A stretch of DNA of 64,000 bases from a virus (IMGVR_UViG_3300044712_002690:96001-160000), one strand, 5' to 3'. Counted from the stretch's first letter, positions 9,574 to 17,704 are shown. A program made the numbers and translations. Notes: generated by a model from the sequence alone, not told the origin.

Positions 9574-10058
9574 TGCCCAAGGCCGGAGTCGAACCGGCAC
9601 GGAGAAATCTCCATGGGATTTTACTTACCACTATAGCTTTCGCTACCAGTATTGCGCGTCTATTAAACTTTTTACTACTTATTTATTTAATGTGGTTCGT
9701 AGCCCCCACTCTTAATAGAATACTGTTTGTAGTCTGGACTTTGTCTTCACCATATTAAAGTACCACGACTGCCATATCACTGACCTCTATGTAGGCCACA
9801 GTCCTTATGACTTTAATTTAGGTGGTGCCCGTCAAGTCTCTACACGTTCCAAGCAGGTGAGGTATCAGATTATTTCTAATCTTCTCATTCTCCTTTTGCT
9901 TTCCTTACTTGGTTTCGCTCGGCGTTGGGTCATATAGATTCTAATTAAGATCTCTCCATATAGGCCGTTCACCGAATTTGAGCACTTACTACTAAAAAGT
10001 TTCCTTTTTAGCGACCCTTTAATGAGTCCCAGGTGTCTACCAATTCCACCACTTGGGC
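9574..10058 (-). tRNA. tRNA-Leu(UAA) interrupted by a group I intron
   Basis: 5' exon 10058-10025 ends GGGACT and 3' exon 9623-9574 starts TAAAATCCC; joining them gives loop CT-TAA-AA and a class II Leu cloverleaf. Confidence 0.9.
9624..10024 (-). mobile_element. Group I self-splicing intron (401 nt, no homing-endonuclease ORF)
   Basis: P1 GACUC/GGGUC with U-G at the splice site; core-like elements AAATTCGGTGAA, AACGCCGAGCGAA, GTGTAGAGACT and AAGACAAAGTCC; terminal G. Confidence 0.88.
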
Positions 10059-10060
10059 AA

Positions 10061-10141
10061 AATAAAGTAAGGTCTAGCAAGTAGAAGTAGGGAGGTAACA
10101 TTTCAAGCGTTAACCTACTCCTATCCGTACCTTACTTTATT
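10061..10141 (-). ncRNA. Y RNA-like hairpin (unit 5)
   Basis: 13-bp terminal stem AATAAAGTAAGGT/ACCTTACTTTATT; GGTACGGA on the 5' strand, CTAGACC on the 3' strand; inner stem AGGAGTAGG/CCTACTTCT. Confidence 0.7.
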
Positions 10142-10153
10142 AGAATTCAGAAA

Positions 10154-11767
10154 TTAAATGCCCCCTTTAGCAAATTCAGAAATGATTGATGGTGCCGCTG
10201 AATCGAAGCCGCAAACATCAAGCATTCCAGGGTCTTTAGGATCTGCAATTGTAAATTGAGTTCCTACCATACCTACAACAGCTAATTTAGCATCTTTCAC
10301 ATGAGCGTTTCTATACTTTTTGAGTGCTTGGCTTGGTGCAATTCTTCCGGCCCAAGTCTCATTATCAGTATAGATTGTAAAAATATCAAAGTCTAATTTT
10401 TCTCTAAGAGCCCATTCCATCGGCAATGCACAATCTGTTCCTTCGAATGGAAGACCTGAAATTTTTCTAATAGTTTCATTCAATGACATTCTAGGAGTAA
10501 TGTCAAGGTGCATGAATCTACTAGAGAATCCCATAATCTCATAGTTCTTTTCTGTACGAGCAGTTACCATTGCCATACAAGCAGATGCTTCACGGCAAGT
10601 AACAATACCATACGCTCCAGAAATATAAGCTCCTCCCATTGAACCAGATACGTCAAGTGCAAGTAAGAATCTTTTATCTGTTGGTTCAATATTCTTGAAA
10701 CTAAGATAAAAAGCTTCTTCAAGTGCATCACGTACTTTACCAACAGGCTTCCAAGTAAGACTACCTTTGATTCCATGACCCATTGAATATGTTTTTAATG
10801 CAATGAGAATATTCAATGGATGCAGTCTACTTTTAGAAATATAATCCTGATTAGTTAATTTTCCAACCACACGTTCAATTTCATTAAACTTACCAGGACC
10901 AATTACTCCGATTGCAGTAAGTCTGTTAAGACTTCTCATTAATGCTGTAAGTGGAATATCATCAAGAGCTTCTGTCCAAATACTAACATTATTCTTCAGT
11001 TCAGTAGGCCAAGCATCTTGAGGAATTTTGTATTCCTTAATAAGCTTTTTAGCTTTTGCTACATCAGCTGTTTTAAGTTCATCGAAAGCATTAATAAGTT
11101 TCAATGCTTCTGATTTTTCTCCTTTAACAGCATACTTAAAAAGCTCATTATGAGCATCGGACACTGGTTTTACGTGTGCAGAACGAAGAACATCTCGATG
11201 TGTCCACTGATTTCCTGTTCCTTCAACAGTACGTCCTTGATATTTAACTAGTTGATATTCAAGTTTAGAAGGTTCCATTGCATACCAATTAGAAATAGCT
11301 TTACGTACTGACCTTCCCCAACTTCTCATTGTATCTACATAGTGAGTAAACATGAAAAGATGAGTACCTGTACGACAAATCTTAGGCATAGCCTTTGAGA
11401 TTTCAGTTTTGAAAGAACTATCTTTACAATTAGTAATAAGAGCTGCTAAAAGGAAAATAGCTTGATCATTTTTAGCTGCTCTACCTGAATCAGAAATTTC
11501 TACAATAGTTTCAAGTACACGTTTAGGGTCTTCATCTATACAAGCTAAGCAATTTGAGATGTTTAGCTTAGTAAGATCATTTTGAGTGACATAGTATGTT
11601 CCGCCTTCAGACCCAAGCACAAGGAAGCGTTGGAGCATCTTCCACTTATCTAGTACGAATGTGTACCCACCTGCATTATTCTTTGCCATTTCCTTTTCAC
11701 GACCAGGAATAGGCTGAGATTGAGGTGTTTGTTTAGAATCTTGAAAAGAACTGTAATTGACAGCCAT
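10154..11767 (-). CDS. rsr: Ro60/TROVE-domain RNA-binding protein with vWA domain
   Basis: NNAGGY, LQRFLVLGSEGGTYY, RTGTHLFMF, KYQGR, HPLNIL, and MIDAS DVSGSM, TDCALPM, YTDNETW. Start at ATG 11767 after GAAGGAGG. Confidence 0.95.
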   Translation of the reverse strand: MAVNYSSFQDSKQTPQSQPIPGREKEMAKNNAGGYTFVLDKWKMLQRFLVLGSEGGTYYVTQNDLTKLNISNCLACIDEDPKRVLETIVEISDSGRAAKNDQAIFLLAALITNCKDSSFKTEISKAMPKICRTGTHLFMFTHYVDTMRSWGRSVRKAISNWYAMEPSKLEYQLVKYQGRTVEGTGNQWTHRDVLRSAHVKPVSDAHNELFKYAVKGEKSEALKLINAFDELKTADVAKAKKLIKEYKIPQDAWPTELKNNVSIWTEALDDIPLTALMRSLNRLTAIGVIGPGKFNEIERVVGKLTNQDYISKSRLHPLNILIALKTYSMGHGIKGSLTWKPVGKVRDALEEAFYLSFKNIEPTDKRFLLALDVSGSMGGAYISGAYGIVTCREASACMAMVTARTEKNYEIMGFSSRFMHLDITPRMSLNETIRKISGLPFEGTDCALPMEWALREKLDFDIFTIYTDNETWAGRIAPSQALKKYRNAHVKDAKLAVVGMVGTQFTIADPKDPGMLDVCGFDSAAPSIISEFAKGGI

Positions 11768-11790
11768 TTTGCTGCCTCCTTCATATAAGA

Positions 11791-11852
11791 TTAGGTCAAG
11801 TAGTTGGAATAGGGGAAACATTCTGAAGTTAACCTACCCCATCCGTACCTAA
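11791..11852 (-). ncRNA. Y RNA-like hairpin (unit 4), directly upstream of the Ro60 RBS
   Basis: TAGGTACGGA ... CTTGACCTA bulged helix resembling the Ro-binding site; inner stem TGGGGTAGG/CCTATTCCA. Confidence 0.75.
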
Positions 11853-11859
11853 AACCTTT

Positions 11860-11986
11860 AGGAACAAGGCAGGATTTGAACCTGCGACCAGCCCATTATA
11901 AGTGGTAACCTTTTCTCTTCCGTACCTTTCAGTCAATAGTTTGAAAAAAGGGTTTTAGCTGCTCTACCGCTGAGCTACTTGTTCCT
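11860..11986 (-). ncRNA. tRNA-like Y RNA, YrlA type (unit 3)
   Basis: Acceptor, D (TAGCTCAGCGGTAGAGC) and T (GCAGG-TTCAAAT-CCTGC) arms. The anticodon arm is replaced by a long stem ending TTGACT-GAAA-GGTACGG. Confidence 0.85.
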
Positions 11987-11987
11987 T

Positions 11988-12115
11988 GTCCTAAGGGGAG
12001 GACTTGAACCTCCGACCCGTAGTGTGACCTGTTAACCTTAACCTGCCGTACCTTTCGGTCAAATAATCGGAAAAGGTATTTTAACTACTGCTCTACCAAC
12101 TGAGCTACCTTAGGA
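11988..12115 (-). ncRNA. tRNA-like Y RNA, YrlA type (unit 2)
   Basis: Acceptor TCCTAAGG/CCTTAGGA with D and T arms; long central stem ending TTGACC-GAAA-GGTACGG. Confidence 0.85.
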
Positions 12116-12124
12116 TATAAATAT

Positions 12125-12190
12125 AATTGGTCAAATGAGTTGCGATAGGATGCTAACACCATAAGTTAACCTATCACATCCGTACCAATT
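12125..12190 (-). ncRNA. Y RNA-like hairpin (unit 1)
   Basis: AATTGGTACGGA ... TTTGACCAATT; inner stem TGTGATAGG/CCTATCGCA. Confidence 0.75.
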
Positions 12191-12194
12191 AATT

Positions 12195-12266
12195 CTGCGG
12201 GACTAGGACTCGAACCTAGACAACAGATTCCAAGGACCTGTGTCCTACCAATTAGACCATCCCGCA
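12195..12266 (-). tRNA. tRNA-Gln(UUG)
   Basis: U1-A72, G73; CAGGT-CCTTGGA-ATCTG (C at position 33). Confidence 0.85.
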
Positions 12267-12310
12267 ATAAGAAATACAATTATATCAGGTACTTTTTGAC
12301 TTCTACTTAT

Positions 12311-12342
12311 AATATAAGATAAGTAAAAGAAGAAAGTAACTA
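12311..12342 (-). promoter_or_regulatory. Phage promoter-like motif TAGTTAC-N19-TATATT
   Basis: Upstream of the tRNA-Gln/Y RNA/Ro60 block. Confidence 0.6.
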
Positions 12343-12345
12343 ATG

Positions 12346-12432
12346 CGGGCAGAGTAGGATTTGAACCCACGGAACCTTTAGATCCTCTAGTTTTCAAGAC
12401 TAGCGCCATAAACCAGACTCGGCCATCTGCCC
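12346..12432 (-). tRNA. tRNA-Ser(UGA)
   Basis: CTAGT-CTTGAAA-ACTAG; long V arm; G73. Confidence 0.95.
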
Positions 12433-12436
12433 GATG

Positions 12437-12523
12437 CGGAGAGGAAGAGATTTGAACTCTTATCGGCCTGCCGGCCTACGCAGGTTTAGCAAACCTGTCA
12501 CTTACCAGTTAGTGTACCTCTCC
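12437..12523 (-). tRNA. tRNA-Ser(GCU)
   Basis: CAGGT-TTGCTAA-ACCTG; long V arm; G73. Confidence 0.95.
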
Positions 12524-12528
12524 TAATG

Positions 12529-12602
12529 CATCGGGGACGGGACTTGAACCCGCAAATACCAACGTGAAAGGCTGGTGACTTTACCAATTTGTCTACCCCG
12601 AC
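12529..12602 (-). tRNA. tRNA-Glu(UUC)
   Basis: CCAGC-CTTTCAC-GTTGG. Confidence 0.93.
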
Positions 12603-12604
12603 AT

Positions 12605-12679
12605 TGGACCGTCAAGGAATTGAACCTTGCTGAAAAACTATCCTGTAAAAATAGCGCCTACCCAGCCGGCCCACGGTCC
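12605..12679 (-). tRNA. tRNA-Val(UAC), atypical D-arm
   Basis: CTATT-TTTACAG-GATAG; acceptor GGACCGT/ACGGTCC; non-canonical residues at positions 8-14. Confidence 0.7.
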
Positions 12680-12757
12680 ATAAAGCCTACTCTTTGTTTA
12701 TAGTGGCTGTTGGCAGCGTAATTCCACTACACGATTTAAAGCTAGTGCGTACTCATT

Positions 12758-12843
12758 TGGATGGGGAGGGATTCGAACCCCCAACGCTCAATCGAGTCCA
12801 GATTTACAGTCTGGTAGTGTCCACCAGTCTCACAAGCCCATCC
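12758..12843 (-). tRNA. tRNA-Tyr(GUA)
   Basis: CCAGA-CTGTAAA-TCTGG; long V arm; A73. Confidence 0.88.
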
Positions 12844-12904
12844 ATTTTCGTTAGGTTAATATATAAATTTTATATATTAACCTGTTTTCAAATATCGTAA
12901 TATC

Positions 12905-12936
12905 AATATATAAACAAGTAAAGAAAAAACTAACTA
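12905..12936 (-). promoter_or_regulatory. Phage promoter-like motif TAGTTAG-N19-TATATT
   Basis: At the head of the tRNA array, just downstream of the terminator. Confidence 0.6.
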
Positions 12937-12941
12937 GCAAT

Positions 12942-12974
12942 AAAAAAGCATGAGATTTGTTTCTCATGCTTTTT
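12942..12974 (-). terminator. Intrinsic terminator (putative attenuator 3:4 hairpin)
   Basis: AAAAAGCATGAGA-AACAAA-TCTCATGCTTTTTT. Confidence 0.85.
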
Positions 12975-13000
12975 CTTCCCATATACTTTGAATGAAGAAA

Positions 13001-13108
13001 TCACATGAGATAGACTCCGCGTTCCTTGGCTTGATATAAAGAACTAGGATCTATTGCTACTGTGAGCGATAGTGAATTAAACATATGATTTCTGGTCCTT
13101 TGCGTCAT
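13001..13108 (-). CDS. Putative 35-aa leaderless leader peptide (MTQRTRNHMFNSLSLTVAIDPSSLYQAKERGVYLM)
   Basis: ATG lies 6 nt after a -10 box; the stop codon is 26 nt before the terminator; its sequence forms alternative hairpins. Confidence 0.6.
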   Translation of the reverse strand: MTQRTRNHMFNSLSLTVAIDPSSLYQAKERGVYLM

Positions 13109-13114
13109 GTTTAT

Positions 13115-13143
13115 AACTTATATATCATATGGGATTTTGTCAA
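13115..13143 (-). promoter_or_regulatory. Sigma70-type promoter
   Basis: TTGACA-17 nt-TAAGTT; predicted +1 coincides with ATG 13108. Confidence 0.65.
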
Positions 13144-13491
13144 GACTTTTTTCTTTTAAATAAAGAAATATTAAAATTTTTTTTCATAATCCACAATATC
13201 TTCCATTGTTCCTAACACTTTGTTTATAACTGGATAAAATATAATATCATCAATTGTTTTAAGAAGGATGAGCAATTCACTTTTTTCATTGCATAGCTTT
13301 GTAAGTCCAGTTTCTGGACTGTGAGCTACGTACATTATTGGTTATCTTTTCCACAATCAATTTTTTCATTTGTAACCGGAACCATAATTGTGAATTGCTT
13401 TGTTCTGCCACACTGTACAAAAGGACCTTCTGTTCCTTTATGGACTGGACATTCCTTACAACTTCGTAAATCAATTTCCATTTTTACACCT

Positions 13492-15072
13492 TTATTTTAG
13501 TAATTCAATAAAATCATTTGAGTTAAAATATTTTTGTAGGGCTACTAATTCTTCCTTTAGAAAAATAAGAGAACACGTTGTATCTCCTGATACTGAGATA
13601 AGTGTTACTTGATATTTAAAATCAGGAAGTTTTTCAACCATTAATCTTTCTGTTTTAACTTCTTGTCTGTGTTCTAATAGTTTATCATATGTAGTTTTGG
13701 TTAATTGCATATAGAAAATAAAAAACAAACTAATTGCGAAAATAATGATAGAAGTAAGGTGAAATTCAAGTCTATTTCCACCTTTTTTTTGTTTTTTTAC
13801 ATAAATAATAGAAAGTACAATAATGCTTACAGTTACGGTACAATACAAAGAAATTAACAGCATGACAATCTCCTTAGCAAAAAGCGTAAATGAAGGATTT
13901 TACTGACGTATCTTTAGTCATAGCAGCATTAGAGAAAACAATAATGGGCTCCTTACGGTAGAAGCCCAAAGTAAAATCTGTTTTATGTGTGTAACCTAAA
14001 TCTTCTAGCAAATATTTTAATGAATAAAGCTCTTTAGTAGTAGCTTTTAATTTCAGATATTTCATTTTTTATTTCTGACTTAATAAATTTTAAACATTCA
14101 TGTCTACTATTATTATATTCTGGATGAATATAGTCAATTCCATAATGTAAATCTTTAATTATATATCTTACACAGTAATCTCTAAATGGACATCTTTTTT
14201 TCGTTAGTTCACCTGAACAAAGATGTGGGCTAGACATTAAGGTTTCCTTTTTATTCCATATTCACAAAGTACAACAACTAGAGCTAATACACCAAGTGAT
14301 GACCATATACTAATAAATAAAATTTTATTAGGGAAGCTAAGATACTCTAAACTTCCCTTATACCAAAGTATAGCACCTGATACAGCACCGCAAATAAACC
14401 AAAGAGTCCATTCTACAATCATTTCTACTCTGTCTCCTGTATTGTTGCTTTTCCATTTTTAATTTCAATGGTTCTATATTTCTTTTTTACTACAGTGACA
14501 CCTATGGGAATCTTATTTTCTTCTATAACTGATATTCTATCATTTACTTCTTGTAGCTTTGCTTTCCAAGGTGTTAATTGCATATCAATGTCTTTTTGAT
14601 AATTTTGATTAACTACTGAAGCTCTCCAATCTGCATCTGTCCAATATACCATTCTAAAATAACCAACCATTAATGTAATTGCAATTAAAGGTAAAATTAC
14701 TATAACTGTAATTAAAGCTACCTTTTTAAGGAAAAGTACATCAAGTGTTAATTTAACATTCTTTCTTTTTTTCTTTGCAATAGTTAATTTAGGTATAGTC
14801 CAATTAAGTCCTATCTCTTTTCTTTTAATATTAGGTTTTAATACTGGTATTCTAATATCTAGATCAATAGTATTAAAATAATCTTCAATTTGACCAGCAG
14901 TAGTATAATTATTTGATACAGGTATCTGTTTCTGTTTAGGTGCATTTTTTAAAATTTCTCTAGTCTTAGCTCTACCTAATCTTTGATATTTAGTATCATC
15001 AAATGCTTCTTTAATTCTAGTAAAGAAAGTCCTTTTTCTACCACTAGTTTTCCATGTAGTAGGTTTATCCAT
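13492..15072 (-). CDS. Run of small hypothetical and membrane proteins (13492-13863, 13874-14065, 14034-14237, 14237-14422, 14425-15072)
   Basis: ORF track; abutting ORFs, several with transmembrane stretches. Confidence 0.55.
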
Positions 15073-15655
15073 CTATTTTCCCTCGACTATACTTATCTTT
15101 AATACGAACGATATCATTTTCATCATTTTCACCAAAAGCTATGTCGAGAATTTTACCGTATGGTGCATCACCAATATATTTAACTCGATGTACAACAAAT
15201 CTATGGAATCCAAAAATGTCTCCCTCTAACGCAATTTGTGAAATCATATTTTCACTGAGGAATTTTTCAAGCTCTTTAGTTCTAAAATCATCATCATCAG
15301 ACATAGCAATTTCTTTAGGAATAGGTATTTTGCTGTATTCTACAACAAATGAGTTATCAAGAATTAAATACTCTTGATCCCGTCTAAAATGATATTGTAG
15401 TGAAAGACATTCACCTGGTTTAACATACAAAATCTTAGTCGTAGACTTTACATTATCAGCATACAATCCATAATACCCCCAAGGTCTTTTTACCTCAGAT
15501 GTATTAAATGGTTCTATCATTTCATTTCTATTTAATTTCATTATTTTCTCCCATTTACAAGATTCCAGATATGTACTGCTTCTTCTTTTGATGCTTTGAA
15601 ACCGCTGTGTGCTCCGCATGATTGACAGGATACTCCCCAACGTTTGCCTTCCCAA
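15065..15655 (-). CDS. Cupin, mannose-6-phosphate isomerase type II C-terminal-like
   Basis: Motifs RPWGYY, KILYVKPG, LSLQYHFRRDQEY and HR. The true start is probably the internal MKLNRNEM. Confidence 0.75.
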   Translation of the reverse strand: MGRQTLGSILSIMRSTQRFQSIKRRSSTYLESCKWEKIMKLNRNEMIEPFNTSEVKRPWGYYGLYADNVKSTTKILYVKPGECLSLQYHFRRDQEYLILDNSFVVEYSKIPIPKEIAMSDDDDFRTKELEKFLSENMISQIALEGDIFGFHRFVVHRVKYIGDAPYGKILDIAFGENDENDIVRIKDKYSRGKIDG

Positions 15656-15903
15656 ATATTCTCTATAACACTACAATCAGTAGAGTCACAAGAGTAACAG
15701 GGTTTTATTTCAGAGTCTGTTTCAATGTGTTTATCATCATAAGGAATAAAACAAGAAGTAGGTCCTTGAGGAGATTCATATACATGAATCCATCCTCCAA
15801 TTGTTCTAATAAATAGTGAGAAGTATTCTCCATCTTTATTGAATTGAAGAAGTTCTCCAATTTCCATGTTAAGCATTGCTTTTGTTAATTCAGTCTGTTT
15901 CAT
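15541..15903 (-). CDS. Protein with C-terminal Lar-like zinc ribbon
   Basis: CYSC...CQSCGA...EEAVHIWN. Confidence 0.5.
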   Translation of the reverse strand: MKQTELTKAMLNMEIGELLQFNKDGEYFSLFIRTIGGWIHVYESPQGPTSCFIPYDDKHIETDSEIKPCYSCDSTDCSVIENIWEGKRWGVSCQSCGAHSGFKASKEEAVHIWNLVNGRK

Positions 15904-16156
15904 TTAATTCCTCTTTAAGTGCATTTACTCTTTTATATTCTTGATCACCGAGACCCATAGACATATCTTTAATAGCTCTGATATATCCTTCACGGTAGCT
16001 TTCTATTTTAGACTTTTTACAAAAGTCTTTATGTTTATCAGAGAAACTAGTAAAGATAAGTATTATTACTATACAAATAAGTAATATAACAGAAAGAGGA
16101 GAAAGCCATTCAATTAATTTAACGGTTTTGTTTTCTAGCTTCATATAAATTAAAGT

Positions 16157-16254
16157 GGGGAGCCTTTTACTAAGAATTACCTATAGCCCAGATAGAGGTA
16201 AAAGGCTCCCCATAGATTTATCTATCCGATTAAGGATACTTATCTAGGGCTACA
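16157..16254 (-). other. Intergenic element with two interleaved long inverted repeats (pseudoknot-capable)
   Basis: TAGCCCTAGATA/TATCTGGGCTA crosses GGGGAGCCTTTTAC/GTAAAAGGCTCCCC. Confidence 0.6.
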
Positions 16255-16314
16255 TCAAATAAAAATAAGTTCTTTTATCATTTTTTTACTAGGAAAATTT
16301 TGAAAATATGAAAT

Positions 16315-17085
16315 TTAATCAACTATTCTTGCCATCATTCCTGATTTAGCTCTAATAAGAAGTTGATCAAATTCATAAACTCCGTTTTCAGAAAAATGTA
16401 CTCCATCAGCAGTCATATTAAATTTAGGGAACATTCCCAAGAAACCTGCAAATTTCTTTTGTAAAGGCAGAAATACAGCATTCATGTCTGATAATACCCA
16501 TTGATATAGTGCTGCTTCAAATGCCATGGCATTTTTATTCACATAGATATCAACTGTAGGTGGAATACCATAAACAATAATTCTAACTTTTGGATTAGGT
16601 ATCATAGCCCTAAGATCTTTTAGAACCTCAACTGATTTTTGAATAGTAATATCAATAGGTTGCATTGCAAGTAAGGGATTACCACCAAGGCAACCAATAA
16701 TGATATTATTTACATAGATTTTATTTTCCATCATAAAAGGAATAATTTCTTTATACATATCCCTCATATGGTTTGCCCAAGAACCAGCAATATTAAAGTT
16801 TCTATCTTTCTTAACAGCTGTATAAGTGTCTTTCGTCCAACCATCCATCAAAGAATCTCCAAAGCTAACTGTATCTCTAGCAGCAGCTTTAGTTGCTAAC
16901 AATTCTTTTTTGTATTGTGCAAGTCTTTCATCATGCAGAATATGTTTAATATTCCAAGCTGATGGATCTTTAGGAAAAGAATTAGGATCCATAGAATTCA
17001 AAACAACAAAAGTTTTCTTTGTTTGATCTTCATACTTTTTCTGTGACAGTGACGTTTTAATTGCTGCCCATAATTTTGATAACAT
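16315..17085 (-). CDS. SGNH/GDSL hydrolase-like protein
   Basis: Blocks FGDSL, NIAGS, GGNP and DGVH. Confidence 0.8.
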   Translation of the reverse strand: MLSKLWAAIKTSLSQKKYEDQTKKTFVVLNSMDPNSFPKDPSAWNIKHILHDERLAQYKKELLATKAAARDTVSFGDSLMDGWTKDTYTAVKKDRNFNIAGSWANHMRDMYKEIIPFMMENKIYVNNIIIGCLGGNPLLAMQPIDITIQKSVEVLKDLRAMIPNPKVRIIVYGIPPTVDIYVNKNAMAFEAALYQWVLSDMNAVFLPLQKKFAGFLGMFPKFNMTADGVHFSENGVYEFDQLLIRAKSGMMARIVD

Positions 17086-17094
17086 ATTACTCTC

Positions 17095-17704
17095 CTAATT
17101 TTTTGGTGTAAAAACTTGTTCAAAGGAATATTTAATATAATATTCAATTCTTGTGTGATTACATTTAGGGCAATTTGCTGTTGGTTTTTCTACTTGAAAC
17201 ATTTTCTTGCATTTTAGACAAATACAAGAAACTGTTTCAGATTGATTAGTACCAGCATACTTAAAAACTCGATCTTCAATAGTTATATCTTTAGGATTAT
17301 CGTCCGGAAGATGTTTGGCCTTTAACTTTTGGAGCAGTTGTTTTAGCATTTGCTTCACCTTCATTTTGTTTAATTTGACTAAAATCTACATATCTAACAA
17401 TAAAATCTCTATCATTGATTTTTGCAAAAGAAAAATCAGAAATATTCATTCCTTTTATAAACTCATCCATTTCTTTAATAGAGTTAAACTGTTTCTTTTT
17501 TATTTCGTACGTACCAAATTGTCCTATCTGTTGTCCAAGTAAATTTAAAACGAAACTTCCAGAAGTAGAATAACTACTTGAAGAAGACATAGATGTAGTT
17601 ACATTTGTTATTTTAATTCCACCACTAATTAAAAGATAAACATTACCGCCAATAGAGAGAATAAGAAAAATAAGAACTATTTTATCCTTTATCCAGTCAA
17701 TCAT
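17095..17704 (-). CDS. Two hypothetical proteins (17095-17364 Zn-ribbon; 17297-17704 membrane-anchored)
   Basis: ORF track; CxxC pairs; N-terminal hydrophobic helix. Confidence 0.5.

Noticed and set aside
11768-11821. N-terminal extension of Ro60 from the ORF track
   Set aside because: It overlaps Y RNA unit 4; a strong RBS supports ATG 11767.
11860-12115. Units 2 and 3 as intron-containing tRNAs or tmRNA
   Set aside because: No anticodon loop can be rebuilt, there are no group I core elements and no tag ORF, and the insert carries the Ro-binding helix.
10061-12190. Repeated GGTACGG...GGTTA units as a CRISPR array
   Set aside because: The repeats are degenerate, irregularly spaced and embedded in hairpin or tRNA-like folds beside Ro60; no cas genes. 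Y RNAs explain them better.
12685-12755. Structured RNA between tRNA-Val and tRNA-Tyr (TAGTGG/CCACTA)
   Set aside because: Only a 6-7 bp helix, within chance expectation.
4085-12900. Short ORFs overlapping RNA genes (4085-4465, 4195-4440, 7398-7616, 8234-8644, 9573-9758, 9865-10101, 12694-12900)
   Set aside because: They are shadows of tRNA or intron sequence; 9865-10101 has no homing-endonuclease motif.
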